Positions 1 through 8,777 of a DNA stretch of 37,512 nt are shown here, piece after piece. Location: assembly GCA_964013405.1 (NCBI GenBank), contig CAXGWI010000021.1:1-37512 (forward strand), written 5' to 3'. The notes below the pieces were generated by a model. The model worked only from the letters and a program-made list of their open reading frames with translations, made no database searches and was not told where the DNA came from. The translations under genes and the position numbers were made by a program. This stretch comes from an uncultured Myxococcales bacterium. GTDB taxonomy: Bacteria; Myxococcota; UBA4151. Each line of letters begins with the position of its first letter. Position 1 is the stretch's first letter.

Positions 1-43
1 GCAGGGCGAGAAGGTGTCGTTTTGCCATCATTCCCCTCAACAT
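1..43 (-). CDS. Possible 5' end of a gene running off the left edge (MLRGMMAKRHLLAL...)
   Basis: In-frame ATGs at 43, 31 and 28, GAGG-like sequences upstream, and a basic-then-hydrophobic start like a signal peptide. Only 14 codons are visible. Confidence 0.3.
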   Translation of the reverse strand, partial: MLRGMMAKRHLLAL

Positions 44-246
44 GACCTCGCCGATTGGCGGCGCCCCGAGCCCTACACGAAACAGCCATACCAACGCCAG
101 CACCCCACGAGCCTTGATCATGGCTGAGCTCGCCATGGCTCCCAGTGGAGCGCATCAAGCGGTTCTGGTTCCTCGATGGGCCGGGATCCTTTGCCAGCGC
201 CTTCGTTTCTCCTAAGCTCAAGCAGTCAGGAGGGCGGCAAGCACCC

Positions 247-720
247 ATGTTTCGATGCACCCTGGTTGGATTCTTACTCTGTTGTGCATCCCAAGCGAAC
301 GCCGAGGAGCCGGCTTCTGTTCAGGGCCAATACGCGATCACCGCTGGGCTGCGAGTCAGTTATCAGCAGGATCTGGGCTTTGGGCTGGGGCTTCACGCTT
401 CCTATTGGACCCCCGTGACCCAACCTCCTCTGGTTTCCGCCACGGCCGGGCTTGCTTGGTACCAGCGGGGAACGCTGCAGTATGCGGGCCTGCAGACGGG
501 GATGGGATTTTTCGGTGCCGGCTCGGGGCTCTTCGCGCAACAGCGACCTTCCGGATCTTTTACAGGTATCTATTACGATGGCTGGGTTTCCTATTTGGCC
601 GGTCTTTCGGTGCGTAAGTTTAAGAAGTGGGGCGATAACTTTGGCGCGACACCAACGGATGTCAGTATTTTCGGTTTTTATCCTGTGAAGATCGATACCA
701 AGGGGCAGGTGCTCTTTTAG
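247..720 (+). CDS. Secreted beta-strand-rich hypothetical protein, 157 aa (paralog 1)
   Basis: ATG at 247 begins a signal peptide (MFRCTLVGFLLCCASQANA). Gly/aromatic alternating strands, terminal Phe. Clear paralog of 829..1302, which supports this start over 145. Confidence 0.8.
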   Translation: MFRCTLVGFLLCCASQANAEEPASVQGQYAITAGLRVSYQQDLGFGLGLHASYWTPVTQPPLVSATAGLAWYQRGTLQYAGLQTGMGFFGAGSGLFAQQRPSGSFTGIYYDGWVSYLAGLSVRKFKKWGDNFGATPTDVSIFGFYPVKIDTKGQVLF

Positions 721-828
721 GCAGCCGTGTTGCCGATCCCTTGTGGGTTGTTTTTGGGGTCTCTACCCTCGGGCTTCTTTGCTTACTCCTCGAATATACC
801 TATCTTCAGGCAAGATTGTTGAGGTGCC

Positions 829-1302
829 ATGTTTCGCTTTGCTCTGGTTGTCTTGTTGTTCTGCTGTCCCTTGAAAGCAGATGCCTTTGGGATCGGTGAT
901 CCTGACTTTCAGAACTCGATCTTTGCTGGTGCTCGAATCAGCTATCAGAAGGATTTGGGCTTCGGCTTGGGGCTGCACAGCTCCTACTGGGTCATTGGTG
1001 ATGCCAGGATCGCAGATGTCCTGCCGTATTCTGCCACCGCAGGTGCCGGTTGGTACCAGCGGGGAAGAGTGCAGTATCTGGGACTGCAGGCCGGGAATTT
1101 TGTGGGGGTGAGTGCGGGCATTTTCGCTCAGCAGGGGAGGTCCGGTTCCTTTACGGGTAGATACTACGACCTGTGGGGCGCTTGGTTTGGCGGCGTCTCG
1201 ATTCGTCAAATGATGAAGTGGGGCGAGGGGCTTCAGCAAACGCCCGTCGACTTGAGCCTGTTTGGTAGTCTGCCCGTCGTGTTCAATGGCCAACTTCGCT
1301 AA
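829..1302 (+). CDS. Secreted beta-strand-rich hypothetical protein, 157 aa (paralog 2)
   Basis: GAGG RBS before ATG; signal peptide ending ADA. Shares SYQxDLGFGLGLHxSYW, SATAG, WYQRG and SGSFTGxYYD with 247..720. Confidence 0.85.
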   Translation: MFRFALVVLLFCCPLKADAFGIGDPDFQNSIFAGARISYQKDLGFGLGLHSSYWVIGDARIADVLPYSATAGAGWYQRGRVQYLGLQAGNFVGVSAGIFAQQGRSGSFTGRYYDLWGAWFGGVSIRQMMKWGEGLQQTPVDLSLFGSLPVVFNGQLR

Positions 1303-1419
1303 CCACTCTTTTGTGGGTAATGCCCTTTAAAACCATCCTGGCGCGGCGAGATGAAAATTGGTCAGTTCGCTCGGCCTTGGTGCACCGAGCAGGTCGCAAG
1401 CTGGGGGAGTCGCTCTGAA

Positions 1420-1893
1420 TCAGTAGATTGAGACGACCTTAACCTTCTGCTTTCTGACCCATTGGGCAATCACGTCCATCTCCCGGTTGCTTGCGAGGGC
1501 AATACAGCCAGCGGTCCAGTCGACGAGGGAACTCAAAGGCCCCAAAAACCGCCAGCTTTGCTTGGGGCCGTGAATGCCGATGGCGCTGCCGGTATAGCCC
1601 TTCTTTCTTTGGCTCAAGGTCGGGTAGCCCACATCGATGAAGGTGCCGAAGCCCGCTTTCGAAGCCCGGGGGACACCTAGGGAATAGACGCCCAACGGGG
1701 TCTTTTCGTCCCCGGCCCGCCGCTTCCCCCTTCCTTTGCGGCCGATGGACACCGGAAAAGAACGGTAGGCTTTACCATCTTCGCATAAAAAGAGCCGCCG
1801 GGACTGGCTGTCGACAACAAGGGCCTTCGACAGCCCTCGACAGGAGGCCTTCGCCGTCTTCGAAGCGGAGGCAAAGAAGAGCAGCAAGACCAT
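1420..1893 (-). CDS. L,D-transpeptidase (YkuD) family protein, YafK/DpaA-like
   Basis: Motifs GDEKTPLGVY, IGIHG and WTAGCIAL (His/Cys catalytic pair); signal peptide MVLLLFFASASKTAKA. Start uncertain (1893 or slightly upstream). Confidence 0.88.
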   Translation of the reverse strand: MVLLLFFASASKTAKASCRGLSKALVVDSQSRRLFLCEDGKAYRSFPVSIGRKGRGKRRAGDEKTPLGVYSLGVPRASKAGFGTFIDVGYPTLSQRKKGYTGSAIGIHGPKQSWRFLGPLSSLVDWTAGCIALASNREMDVIAQWVRKQKVKVVSIY

Positions 1894-2088
1894 CGGTATG
1901 AGGGGCAGAAATCTCAACGGCAGCCCCCTTCCACACCAAAGACAAGGCAGCACAAAAAAATATTTCCAGCTGAGGCGGGCGAACCTTTTCGAGGAATAGC
2001 CTCCAGATTGTTGGCGTTGAAGCGACAGAAGCTCAGGCCAGACGGGGCTGGCCTGCGCCGTCGACAAAGAAAGGAGACAAGGCTCAGC

Positions 2089-2670
2089 ATGGTTCCTGGT
2101 CTCATGTTACCAGCACTTCTCTTGCCCTGTTTTGCGCCGGTTCCCGTCCATCAGGGCTACATCAGTTCCCACTTTGGTTGGCGGGTCTTCCCCGGTGATG
2201 GGGAGCGCGAACTGCACGTCGGTGTGGACATCGTCGCTGACAAAGGGACGCCCGTTCGCTCCATGACCAAGGGGACAGTGATCTTTGCCGGCCTGGATGG
2301 AGAGGGCGGTGGCAAAATGGTCACCGTCAAGTCGTACCATCGGGGCAAAGTGAAACTCATTCGCTACATGCATTTGAGCAAGATAGGGGTCAAAAGAGGC
2401 GCCAAGGTAAGGCCCCGGACACTCCTGGGTCGAGTCGGCTCCACCGGGCGGTCGACCGGCCCCCACCTACACATCGAAATGGCGATCGTTCGGGATGGAT
2501 TAAAGCCTCGTTACGACGACCCATTACCGTATTTGTGCCGCTATCGAACCGATCTGTCTGGCCCCCACCAAAAGATGACTGATAAGTTTACGCTGCGGCA
2601 AGATCACCCCATCCACCTCAGTGATCTCGATCTGAAGCTGCGCCGCCGGGGGCGATCTGTCGTCAAATAA
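2089..2670 (+). CDS. M23 family metallopeptidase (peptidoglycan endopeptidase-like)
   Basis: HVGVD (HxxxD), YMHLS and STGRSTGPHLH (HxH) motifs; AAGGAG upstream of ATG 2089; hydrophobic N-terminus. Confidence 0.92.
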   Translation: MVPGLMLPALLLPCFAPVPVHQGYISSHFGWRVFPGDGERELHVGVDIVADKGTPVRSMTKGTVIFAGLDGEGGGKMVTVKSYHRGKVKLIRYMHLSKIGVKRGAKVRPRTLLGRVGSTGRSTGPHLHIEMAIVRDGLKPRYDDPLPYLCRYRTDLSGPHQKMTDKFTLRQDHPIHLSDLDLKLRRRGRSVVK

Positions 2671-2701
2671 AGCCCGATACAGGCCCTTGGCTGCCCTCAA
2701 C

Positions 2702-3163
2702 CTAGCTGTTGGGCGAGGGGATATCCGTCGTCGGTAACTTGGGTAGGGTTGCGCCCAGGACACAGTAGATCACGAAGGGGACAAAGGCGGTAAACAGGAT
2801 GACGAGACAGGTGATGATGCGGACGGCCGCCGGGTCCATGTTCATCTTGTGCGCGACGCCTCCACAGAGCCCGAAGATCTGTTTGTCGTCGGCACTGCAA
2901 TAGAGGGATTGGTAACGGTGGTCCTGGGTCGTCGGTGCCAGGCCGGTGGCGCTGATGCCGGTCGGCGTACCGCAAGCCGTGCAAAACTTGGCGCCAGCTT
3001 CGAGGGGTGCGTTGCAATTCCTACAGGCTGCGGGTGCTTGGCTTGCGCTCGGAACAACTTCGTTGTTGTCGGTCGGGGCGCCGCAATGGGGGCAGCTGCT
3101 CGCATTGCTGGCGAGTTTTCCCCCGCAGACAGAACAGGAGGTCAGGGTGGGTTGCTCATGCAT
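2702..3163 (-). CDS. Zinc-ribbon (two CxxC-CxxC ribbons) + PspC domain membrane protein
   Basis: CSVC...CPHC and CRNC...CTAC ribbons, then LYCSADDKQIFGLCGGVA...DPAAVRI...YCVL, the PspC signature. Confidence 0.85.
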   Translation of the reverse strand: MHEQPTLTSCSVCGGKLASNASSCPHCGAPTDNNEVVPSASQAPAACRNCNAPLEAGAKFCTACGTPTGISATGLAPTTQDHRYQSLYCSADDKQIFGLCGGVAHKMNMDPAAVRIITCLVILFTAFVPFVIYCVLGATLPKLPTTDIPSPNS

Positions 3164-3277
3164 CGACGTAGGCCCTCCGCAAAACGCCAGCGATGGTGCA
3201 GGAGGTTAACGGGGCTTCAGGCTCAGGACAAGTTGAGGGGCTGGTCTCGCTGGGGTTGCAGCGAAGCGGAGCTGGCC

Positions 3278-3622
3278 TCAGAAAATCAGGGCAAAGACCC
3301 CCAATAGACCCAGGACCGTCCCGCCCGCAGCGAGGATACCCCGCCTTTTTTTCGCCGTCTCGATCGTTGGGTCGACCGTCGTGAGTTTAGGCCGGGCCGA
3401 GATACAGTTCAGTGCGTCGGCGGCTGCGCCCGCAGCACTGGCGTAGAACAGGGTCTCCATCCGGGGGCTGGTCATCGAAGCTCCGACCCCGAGGATCGTA
3501 AAAACCGGTATGCAGGTCGTGGTCAGATAGACCTTTTCCTCGCTGCTTGCGACCTTCACCGAGGTCGTATGGGTGCAGCCACAAAAAACTGTGATCAGTA
3601 ACAGGCCCCTCAGTGCTTTCAC
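3278..3622 (-). CDS. Small putative lipoprotein with hydrophobic segments
   Basis: AGGAGG upstream of GTG 3622; lipobox-like VFCGC; C-terminal transmembrane segment after KKRR. Confidence 0.65.
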   Translation of the reverse strand: MKALRGLLLITVFCGCTHTTSVKVASSEEKVYLTTTCIPVFTILGVGASMTSPRMETLFYASAAGAAADALNCISARPKLTTVDPTIETAKKRRGILAAGGTVLGLLGVFALIF

Positions 3623-3742
3623 CGTCGCCCCCTCCTGCGCTCTATTGCAACAGCCCAAGGAGGCGCACAAGCCGCCTTGATGGGATGTCGGGGGGGCACT
3701 GCCATCGATCGGCCCGGCGCCGACCTGAACAAGAGCGCTCGT

Positions 3743-5113
3743 CTATTGGCAGGTCCAGGTCCAATCCGTGCGCCAGTCGATGATGCCATTGTCCTCTCGA
3801 TCGACATCCCGTCGAAGCAATTGGTCGTGCTCACCATAGGTATACGTTGTGCGCTCATCGATCGCACCATCGAGGGCTTGTTCCACGACCCGCTCGATGA
3901 GTCGGCGCTCATCATAAGACATCAACTCGAAGACATCGAAGGCGCCATCGCCGTTGAGATCCCGTTCCACACGGATCACGTCACCTTGCTCATCGTAGTG
4001 ATGCAGAACCCGACGAATGGCGTCGTTGGCCAGGGTCTCGGTCTCTTCGAGGCGAAGTAATCGCCCCTCTTCGTGATAATGGTAGATTTTTTGCCGGTTG
4101 ACCGTGCCGTTGGCAGCCCCATCGTAGGCCTCGCTCAGGATGCGCCCATCGTCCCCATAAGACCAGGTTGTGCGGGCGTCGAGCTCCCCATCGAGTCGCC
4201 GGTCGAGTTCTCTCACGAGGGGCTGGTCTCGATCATTGTAGGTCGTCGTTGCCCGATAGACGTTGGTGCCATCGCCTTCCTCCGAGTCTTCTTGGACCTG
4301 GTTGCCACGGGCATCATATCGGTAGGTGTATCGTCGGTGGACGGTGCCTTCCGCATCTTCATGATCTTCCGCCGTGGCCATCCAGCCTTCCTCGGTGTAG
4401 GTCCACAGGAAGCGTTTATCGAGGTCCCCATCGCCATCCGCATCGGTTGCACGGACGGTCGGCTGATGGTCTTCGTTGTATTGCCAGTGGGTGATTCGAT
4501 CGGGCACTTCATCCCCATCTCGATCTTGATCGGTTCGAATGCGCCGTAAGCGCTCGTCGTAGTCGTGCCTCATGACGATTCCCAGGCTGCGCTCGGCCCC
4601 ATGACTGTGGGTCTCCACTTGTTCCAGGCAGGGATTGGTCACCGTAATAGGGTTGCCTCGACACACTTCGGAGCTCCCATCGAACACGCAAAGGACGATC
4701 TGACTCTCCACCGCAAGCCCCCGTGTGGGAATGACCAATGGTGTTGTGTTGAGATCGCCGTCCCAGTCGATGGTGATGGCGTCGTGTTCAGCCCGCAGCT
4801 CAAAGCGCAAATCAGCCAGCGGTGTGTCTTCGTCCACGATGATCCCGCGCTCGTAAAGGGTCCCGATGGAGACGAGGGTCAAGGATTCCGTGCTGAGGGT
4901 CTCCAAGGGCACCAGGAGGCCATCCGGATCGATCACAGGGGCGATATTTTGGGGAGGATGGGTCGATCCGGCATCGGAGGGGGCGCCATGACCCCCATCG
5001 CTGAGGGGTCCACCATCAGCTTGGGTGTCGGGGGGCGCAGAGGCCGGACAGCCGGTGGTCGCTAAGCCCATGGTCGCCAAAAAACAAACACTAAAACAAT
5101 AAGATGAACGCAA
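3743..5113 (-). CDS. Lipoprotein with about 27-aa YD-like / DxDGDG beta-hairpin repeats
   Basis: GGAGG before TTG 5113; lipobox LATTGC; about 11 repeats such as DADGDGDLDKRFLWTYTEEG, YTYRYDARGN and HYDEQGD. Confidence 0.85.
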   Translation of the reverse strand: MRSSYCFSVCFLATMGLATTGCPASAPPDTQADGGPLSDGGHGAPSDAGSTHPPQNIAPVIDPDGLLVPLETLSTESLTLVSIGTLYERGIIVDEDTPLADLRFELRAEHDAITIDWDGDLNTTPLVIPTRGLAVESQIVLCVFDGSSEVCRGNPITVTNPCLEQVETHSHGAERSLGIVMRHDYDERLRRIRTDQDRDGDEVPDRITHWQYNEDHQPTVRATDADGDGDLDKRFLWTYTEEGWMATAEDHEDAEGTVHRRYTYRYDARGNQVQEDSEEGDGTNVYRATTTYNDRDQPLVRELDRRLDGELDARTTWSYGDDGRILSEAYDGAANGTVNRQKIYHYHEEGRLLRLEETETLANDAIRRVLHHYDEQGDVIRVERDLNGDGAFDVFELMSYDERRLIERVVEQALDGAIDERTTYTYGEHDQLLRRDVDREDNGIIDWRTDWTWTCQ

Positions 5114-5245
5114 TTTCTGCCTCCGTTTTCGATGGGCTTCTAGCGGAGGTTCAAGGCACTTGCCGAGGTCTATTTTTTTATTGTTGTTCCCCCGGGCCCT
5201 TGACGCTCGACTCCCTTCTCGGGAGGGCTCAGGAAGGAGGCTTCT

Positions 5246-5320
5246 ATGGACATCGTTCGCATTCTCGCAGTCCTTGCCGTCGCCGGCGTCATCATCGCAG
5301 CCTACGTCGAGCGGCTCTAG
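5246..5320 (+). CDS. 24-aa single-transmembrane small protein (MDIVRILAVLAVAGVIIAAYVERL)
   Basis: AAGGAGG 5 nt before ATG; mostly GC-ending codons; one hydrophobic helix; fills an otherwise empty intergenic gap. Below the ORF-track cutoff. Confidence 0.65.
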   Translation: MDIVRILAVLAVAGVIIAAYVERL

Positions 5321-5324
5321 AGGA

Positions 5325-5355
5325 ACTTCAGCAACCGCTGCGGGCTGCTAGAAGT
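5325..5355. terminator. Imperfect hairpin between convergent genes
   Basis: ACTTC-AGCA-ACCGC...GCGG-GC-TGCT-A-GAAGT can pair. It overlaps the stop of the convergent OMP gene and has no U-tract. Confidence 0.3.
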
Positions 5356-6175
5356 CGTAGCCTAAGCCCAGGCTCACCGTGATTGCGTGCAGCCAGTTTT
5401 TGGTGAAACCGTCATCGCCTTCCGTGCGTTGATCGTCATCATCCTCACCCTCGGCGCCGCCACCGAGATAGCGCAGATTCAAAAAGGCAGTTCCGTTGTC
5501 ATCAAGGTGCCGGCCAATCTGGTAACTGCCGTCGAGAATGGCGCCGACGACGTTGTTGTCATCGCCATTGAGGTAACTCACTGGCGCGTAAAACCCATCG
5601 ACCTCAATGCCTTGCCACCAGCCCTTTGATCGCTCCTGCCGCCAGCGTGTCTTCAGAATCGGCACCGGGCCGATGCCTCGATTGGAGTTCAGCAGCGTCC
5701 CGTCCTCCGACGAGAACTCGATGGTGGCATTTCGGATTTGTAAGGAAAGCCCGAAGGAGAGCTGGTTCTTTGGAGAACGAACGGCATGGTACAGATAGCT
5801 CCCCCGCCAAAAGCCGAAGTCGTAGACGATCCGAGTGGCTGTTCCTTTTGGGAAAAGAACGCCGTCGAAGCGGCGGTCTCCCTTCAACACGACAAAGCTG
5901 TCGAGGAGGAGCGGCTGCGCCAAAAACACCAACTCGTGGCCTTCGTTGAGAGGCACTTCGATGACAAACCGTGCAAAGTCGAAAAGGTTATCTTGGCCCC
6001 CTTCGCTCACGTAATCGAAGTAGTCTCCGTCGTAGCCAAACTGAATCTTGTGATCCAGAATAGCGGCAAAGCCGAGCTCTGCCTTGAGCTTGATGGGTGC
6101 GTCACTTGCGGTGACCGGTTTTGCGTGACTTTGAAATGCGAACACGAGTGTAGAGAAGGTGAGAACGAAGCGCAT
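5348..6175 (-). CDS. Outer-membrane beta-barrel protein, unknown function
   Basis: Signal peptide MRFVLTFSTLVFAFQSHA after AAGGGG; amphipathic strands; C-terminal BAM-type signal SLGLGYDF. Confidence 0.8.
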   Translation of the reverse strand: MRFVLTFSTLVFAFQSHAKPVTASDAPIKLKAELGFAAILDHKIQFGYDGDYFDYVSEGGQDNLFDFARFVIEVPLNEGHELVFLAQPLLLDSFVVLKGDRRFDGVLFPKGTATRIVYDFGFWRGSYLYHAVRSPKNQLSFGLSLQIRNATIEFSSEDGTLLNSNRGIGPVPILKTRWRQERSKGWWQGIEVDGFYAPVSYLNGDDNNVVGAILDGSYQIGRHLDDNGTAFLNLRYLGGGAEGEDDDDQRTEGDDGFTKNWLHAITVSLGLGYDF

Positions 6176-6309
6176 GGTTTGTGTCCCCTTGCGAATAGCA
6201 CTTAGCATGGTTTGGTTGCTTATCGCCCCAAAAAAGCGATCAAAACGACCGAGTGTGCCACTGAGCCCGACATGATACGGGCTCCATACGACCACTGGAA
6301 AGGTGCGGG

Positions 6310-7323
6310 ATGACCTACAAAAAGCCCCAACTTCCCTCCCTTCACTTCGATTCTTTTGACGAGCGGATTCCCGATCTCACGGGCAAAACCTTCGCCATCA
6401 CTGGCACCACATCGGGCACGGGGCGTGTTGCCGCCGAAGCCATCGCGAAGAAGGGGGGGCGTGTGCTCATGCTGAACCGCCCCTCACCGCGAGCTACGGC
6501 GGTCCAAAAAGCCATGGATGATCGCTACAAAGACGACCGTGTTCGAACCGTCGAGTGCGATCTACAGAGCTTTGCTTCTGTTCGTCTTGCAGCGCAGATG
6601 ATCAGAGAAGACTGCGCGGAAGGGGGGCTTTATGGCTTGCTCAATAATGCAGGGATTATGGCGATGCCCGATGAAGCCACCGCAGATGGTTTCGACACCC
6701 AAATGCAAACCAATCACCTGTCCCATTTTCTGCTGACTCAGGCACTTTTTGACCGCCTTGAAAGGGCCGCAGATCGCCATGGGGACGCCCGCATCGTGAA
6801 TCACTCCAGCATGGCTCGAAAAACCGTCAAGCGCTTAGAGGCGAAATATCTCGAGGCCAATGGGGGGCAGCTTGGCGGTGACGGTGCCAGCATGCTGCTG
6901 GGTGGGGCCCGCTGGATTCGCTACGGGCAAACCAAGTTAGCGAACGCAGCTTTTACCGCAGCTTTGCATGCGCGCCTGCAAGAGGCGGGCTCCAAGGTGA
7001 AGGCCCTGGTCGCCCATCCGGGCTGGGCCAATACGGAACTTCAGGTCACCACGAACAAGGCCGGTGGTATGGCCTCATGGCACGCGTTTTTCGCGCGTTT
7101 TCTCTCCCAAAGTGAAGAAGACGGCACCTTAGGGCTCTTGAGCTGTGCCGTGTTGCCGGAGGCTCAGTCCGGTGAGTTCTGGGGACCGGGCCTGGGCATG
7201 ACCAGTTCGAAGGGCGAGGCCAAGGCTCACGCCTTGGAAGATGAATACGACAACCCGGAGACTCGCACGCTGCTCTGGGACAAGAGCTGCGCTGCCATCG
7301 GCGAAGCCTTCACCATCGAGTAG
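6310..7323 (+). CDS. SDR oxidoreductase, retinol dehydrogenase/WWOX/POR-like subgroup
   Basis: ITGTTSGTG, LLNNAG, NHLSHFLLT, YGQTK (YxxxK) and HPGWANT motifs. Confidence 0.92.
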   Translation: MTYKKPQLPSLHFDSFDERIPDLTGKTFAITGTTSGTGRVAAEAIAKKGGRVLMLNRPSPRATAVQKAMDDRYKDDRVRTVECDLQSFASVRLAAQMIREDCAEGGLYGLLNNAGIMAMPDEATADGFDTQMQTNHLSHFLLTQALFDRLERAADRHGDARIVNHSSMARKTVKRLEAKYLEANGGQLGGDGASMLLGGARWIRYGQTKLANAAFTAALHARLQEAGSKVKALVAHPGWANTELQVTTNKAGGMASWHAFFARFLSQSEEDGTLGLLSCAVLPEAQSGEFWGPGLGMTSSKGEAKAHALEDEYDNPETRTLLWDKSCAAIGEAFTIE

Positions 7324-7341
7324 GGCCTTTCCACCCTGAGG

Positions 7342-8580
7342 CTAGGGGTTGAAGCCCATCACCAGTAAGGAATTGCGGCCCGCGTGGGCTGCAAACTGGG
7401 CCCCCTCGATGGCGCCCAGCGCTGGCGTCGCCCACTGCAGGCCGATGGCGAAGGTGCCGTCGGCGTTGCGTAGGGCATCGAGACCGGCGCCGTTGAGGCT
7501 AAATTCAAAGGGGCTGGGCCCGATGAGATCTGAATTCAGGAGCGCGGCACCATAGAGCACGCCGCTGCTGAGGTCCTCGACGATCGCTTCGGAACTGCCT
7601 GTGGCCGTCAGCGTGGCGATGGGGGTGGAGACATCATAGGCATGCATCACTTCCCATTCATCGTTCATTTGGCCCCATTGGGTCATCAACAGGCGCAAGT
7701 CGGCCGAGACGACCACGGCCGGAAGATTGCTGGTGTCGATGACGACGAAGCCGGGACCATAGCCTTGATCGGGCGCAAAAGCCGCCGTGAGGGCGAGGGT
7801 CTCGTCGTCGGCCACATGACCGTCGTTGAAGGTGGCGTGCCAACCCTGGTCGATGACCGGTAGCACGAAGGGTTGGGGGTCGCTGCACTGCCCAGCGATA
7901 CAGCCCTGGCCCGGATCACAGGAGGTGCCACAGGCCCCACAGTTGGCGATATCAGCCCCGAGATCGACGCAGGTCCCGTTGCAGTCGGTCGTACCTCCCT
8001 GGCAATCAGCCCCACACGCGGCCTCGCTACAGATCTCACCCTCGGCGCAGGCATTGCCGCAAACACCACAGTGATCGCTGTCGGTGGTGACGTCGATACA
8101 CATGGACTCACATTCGGTATCGTCACCATAGCATTGCAGACTGCACTCCCCAGCCAGGCAGATCTCGCCAGCCCCACAGGGGTTGTCGCAGGCCCCGCAG
8201 TTGTTGGTGTCGACCTGCAGGTTGGTGCAGGCATCTCCGCAGGCGGTGGTGCCGCCGACACAGACGAGTACGCATGCACTCTCGATGCAGACGAGGCCAT
8301 CACCGCAGGCGTTCCCGCAGGCCCCACAGTTGTCGACATCATTGGTCAGGTTCAGGCAGGAGCCATCGCAATCGGTGGTCCCGCCCACGCAACTGAGGTT
8401 ACAGCCGCCATCCTGGCAGACTAGATCATCGGCGCAGATGGAACCGCAGCTGCCGCAGTTGCCCGGATCCACGTCCGTATCCACACAGACCCCATCGCAG
8501 AGCGTTGCCCCAGGACAAGGGTCGTTAGGGTCACAGGCAGTCCATGATAGGATCGCAGCGATGAGCAGAGCATAGCGCAT
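7342..8580 (-). CDS. MXAN_6577-like (Stig1-like) cysteine-repeat lipoprotein with a non-repeat C-terminal domain
   Basis: Lipobox SWTAC; five 43-aa repeats with core CxxxxxDxx[NH]CGxC; about 180-aa C-terminal domain. Confidence 0.88.
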   Translation of the reverse strand: MRYALLIAAILSWTACDPNDPCPGATLCDGVCVDTDVDPGNCGSCGSICADDLVCQDGGCNLSCVGGTTDCDGSCLNLTNDVDNCGACGNACGDGLVCIESACVLVCVGGTTACGDACTNLQVDTNNCGACDNPCGAGEICLAGECSLQCYGDDTECESMCIDVTTDSDHCGVCGNACAEGEICSEAACGADCQGGTTDCNGTCVDLGADIANCGACGTSCDPGQGCIAGQCSDPQPFVLPVIDQGWHATFNDGHVADDETLALTAAFAPDQGYGPGFVVIDTSNLPAVVVSADLRLLMTQWGQMNDEWEVMHAYDVSTPIATLTATGSSEAIVEDLSSGVLYGAALLNSDLIGPSPFEFSLNGAGLDALRNADGTFAIGLQWATPALGAIEGAQFAAHAGRNSLLVMGFNP

Positions 8581-8777
8581 AGGGAACTCTCCTTGGGCCC
8601 CCATCATTGGCCGGCGTGTTCAGGGGGTCAAGGCGTTGGTAAAATCGGGCTCAGCCAGGGACTGAGGTGGGGCGGTAGGTCGTCGCCCTTGATGGTCCCC
8701 AGCAGCATCAGGGCCCCTCCCGATAAAGTGAACAACGCTCAAAAACGAGCTATTTCACCCGCAGGGGGCAAGACCAC

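Noticed and set aside
3278..5113. RHS toxin-immunity pair
   Set aside because: No RHS core or toxin domain; the YD protein is a lipoprotein and the downstream gene is 120 bp away with its own RBS.
7342..8580. CxxC repeats as heme or Fe-S binding sites
   Set aside because: No CxxCH motifs; an exported protein with MXAN_6577-type repeats is better explained by disulfides.
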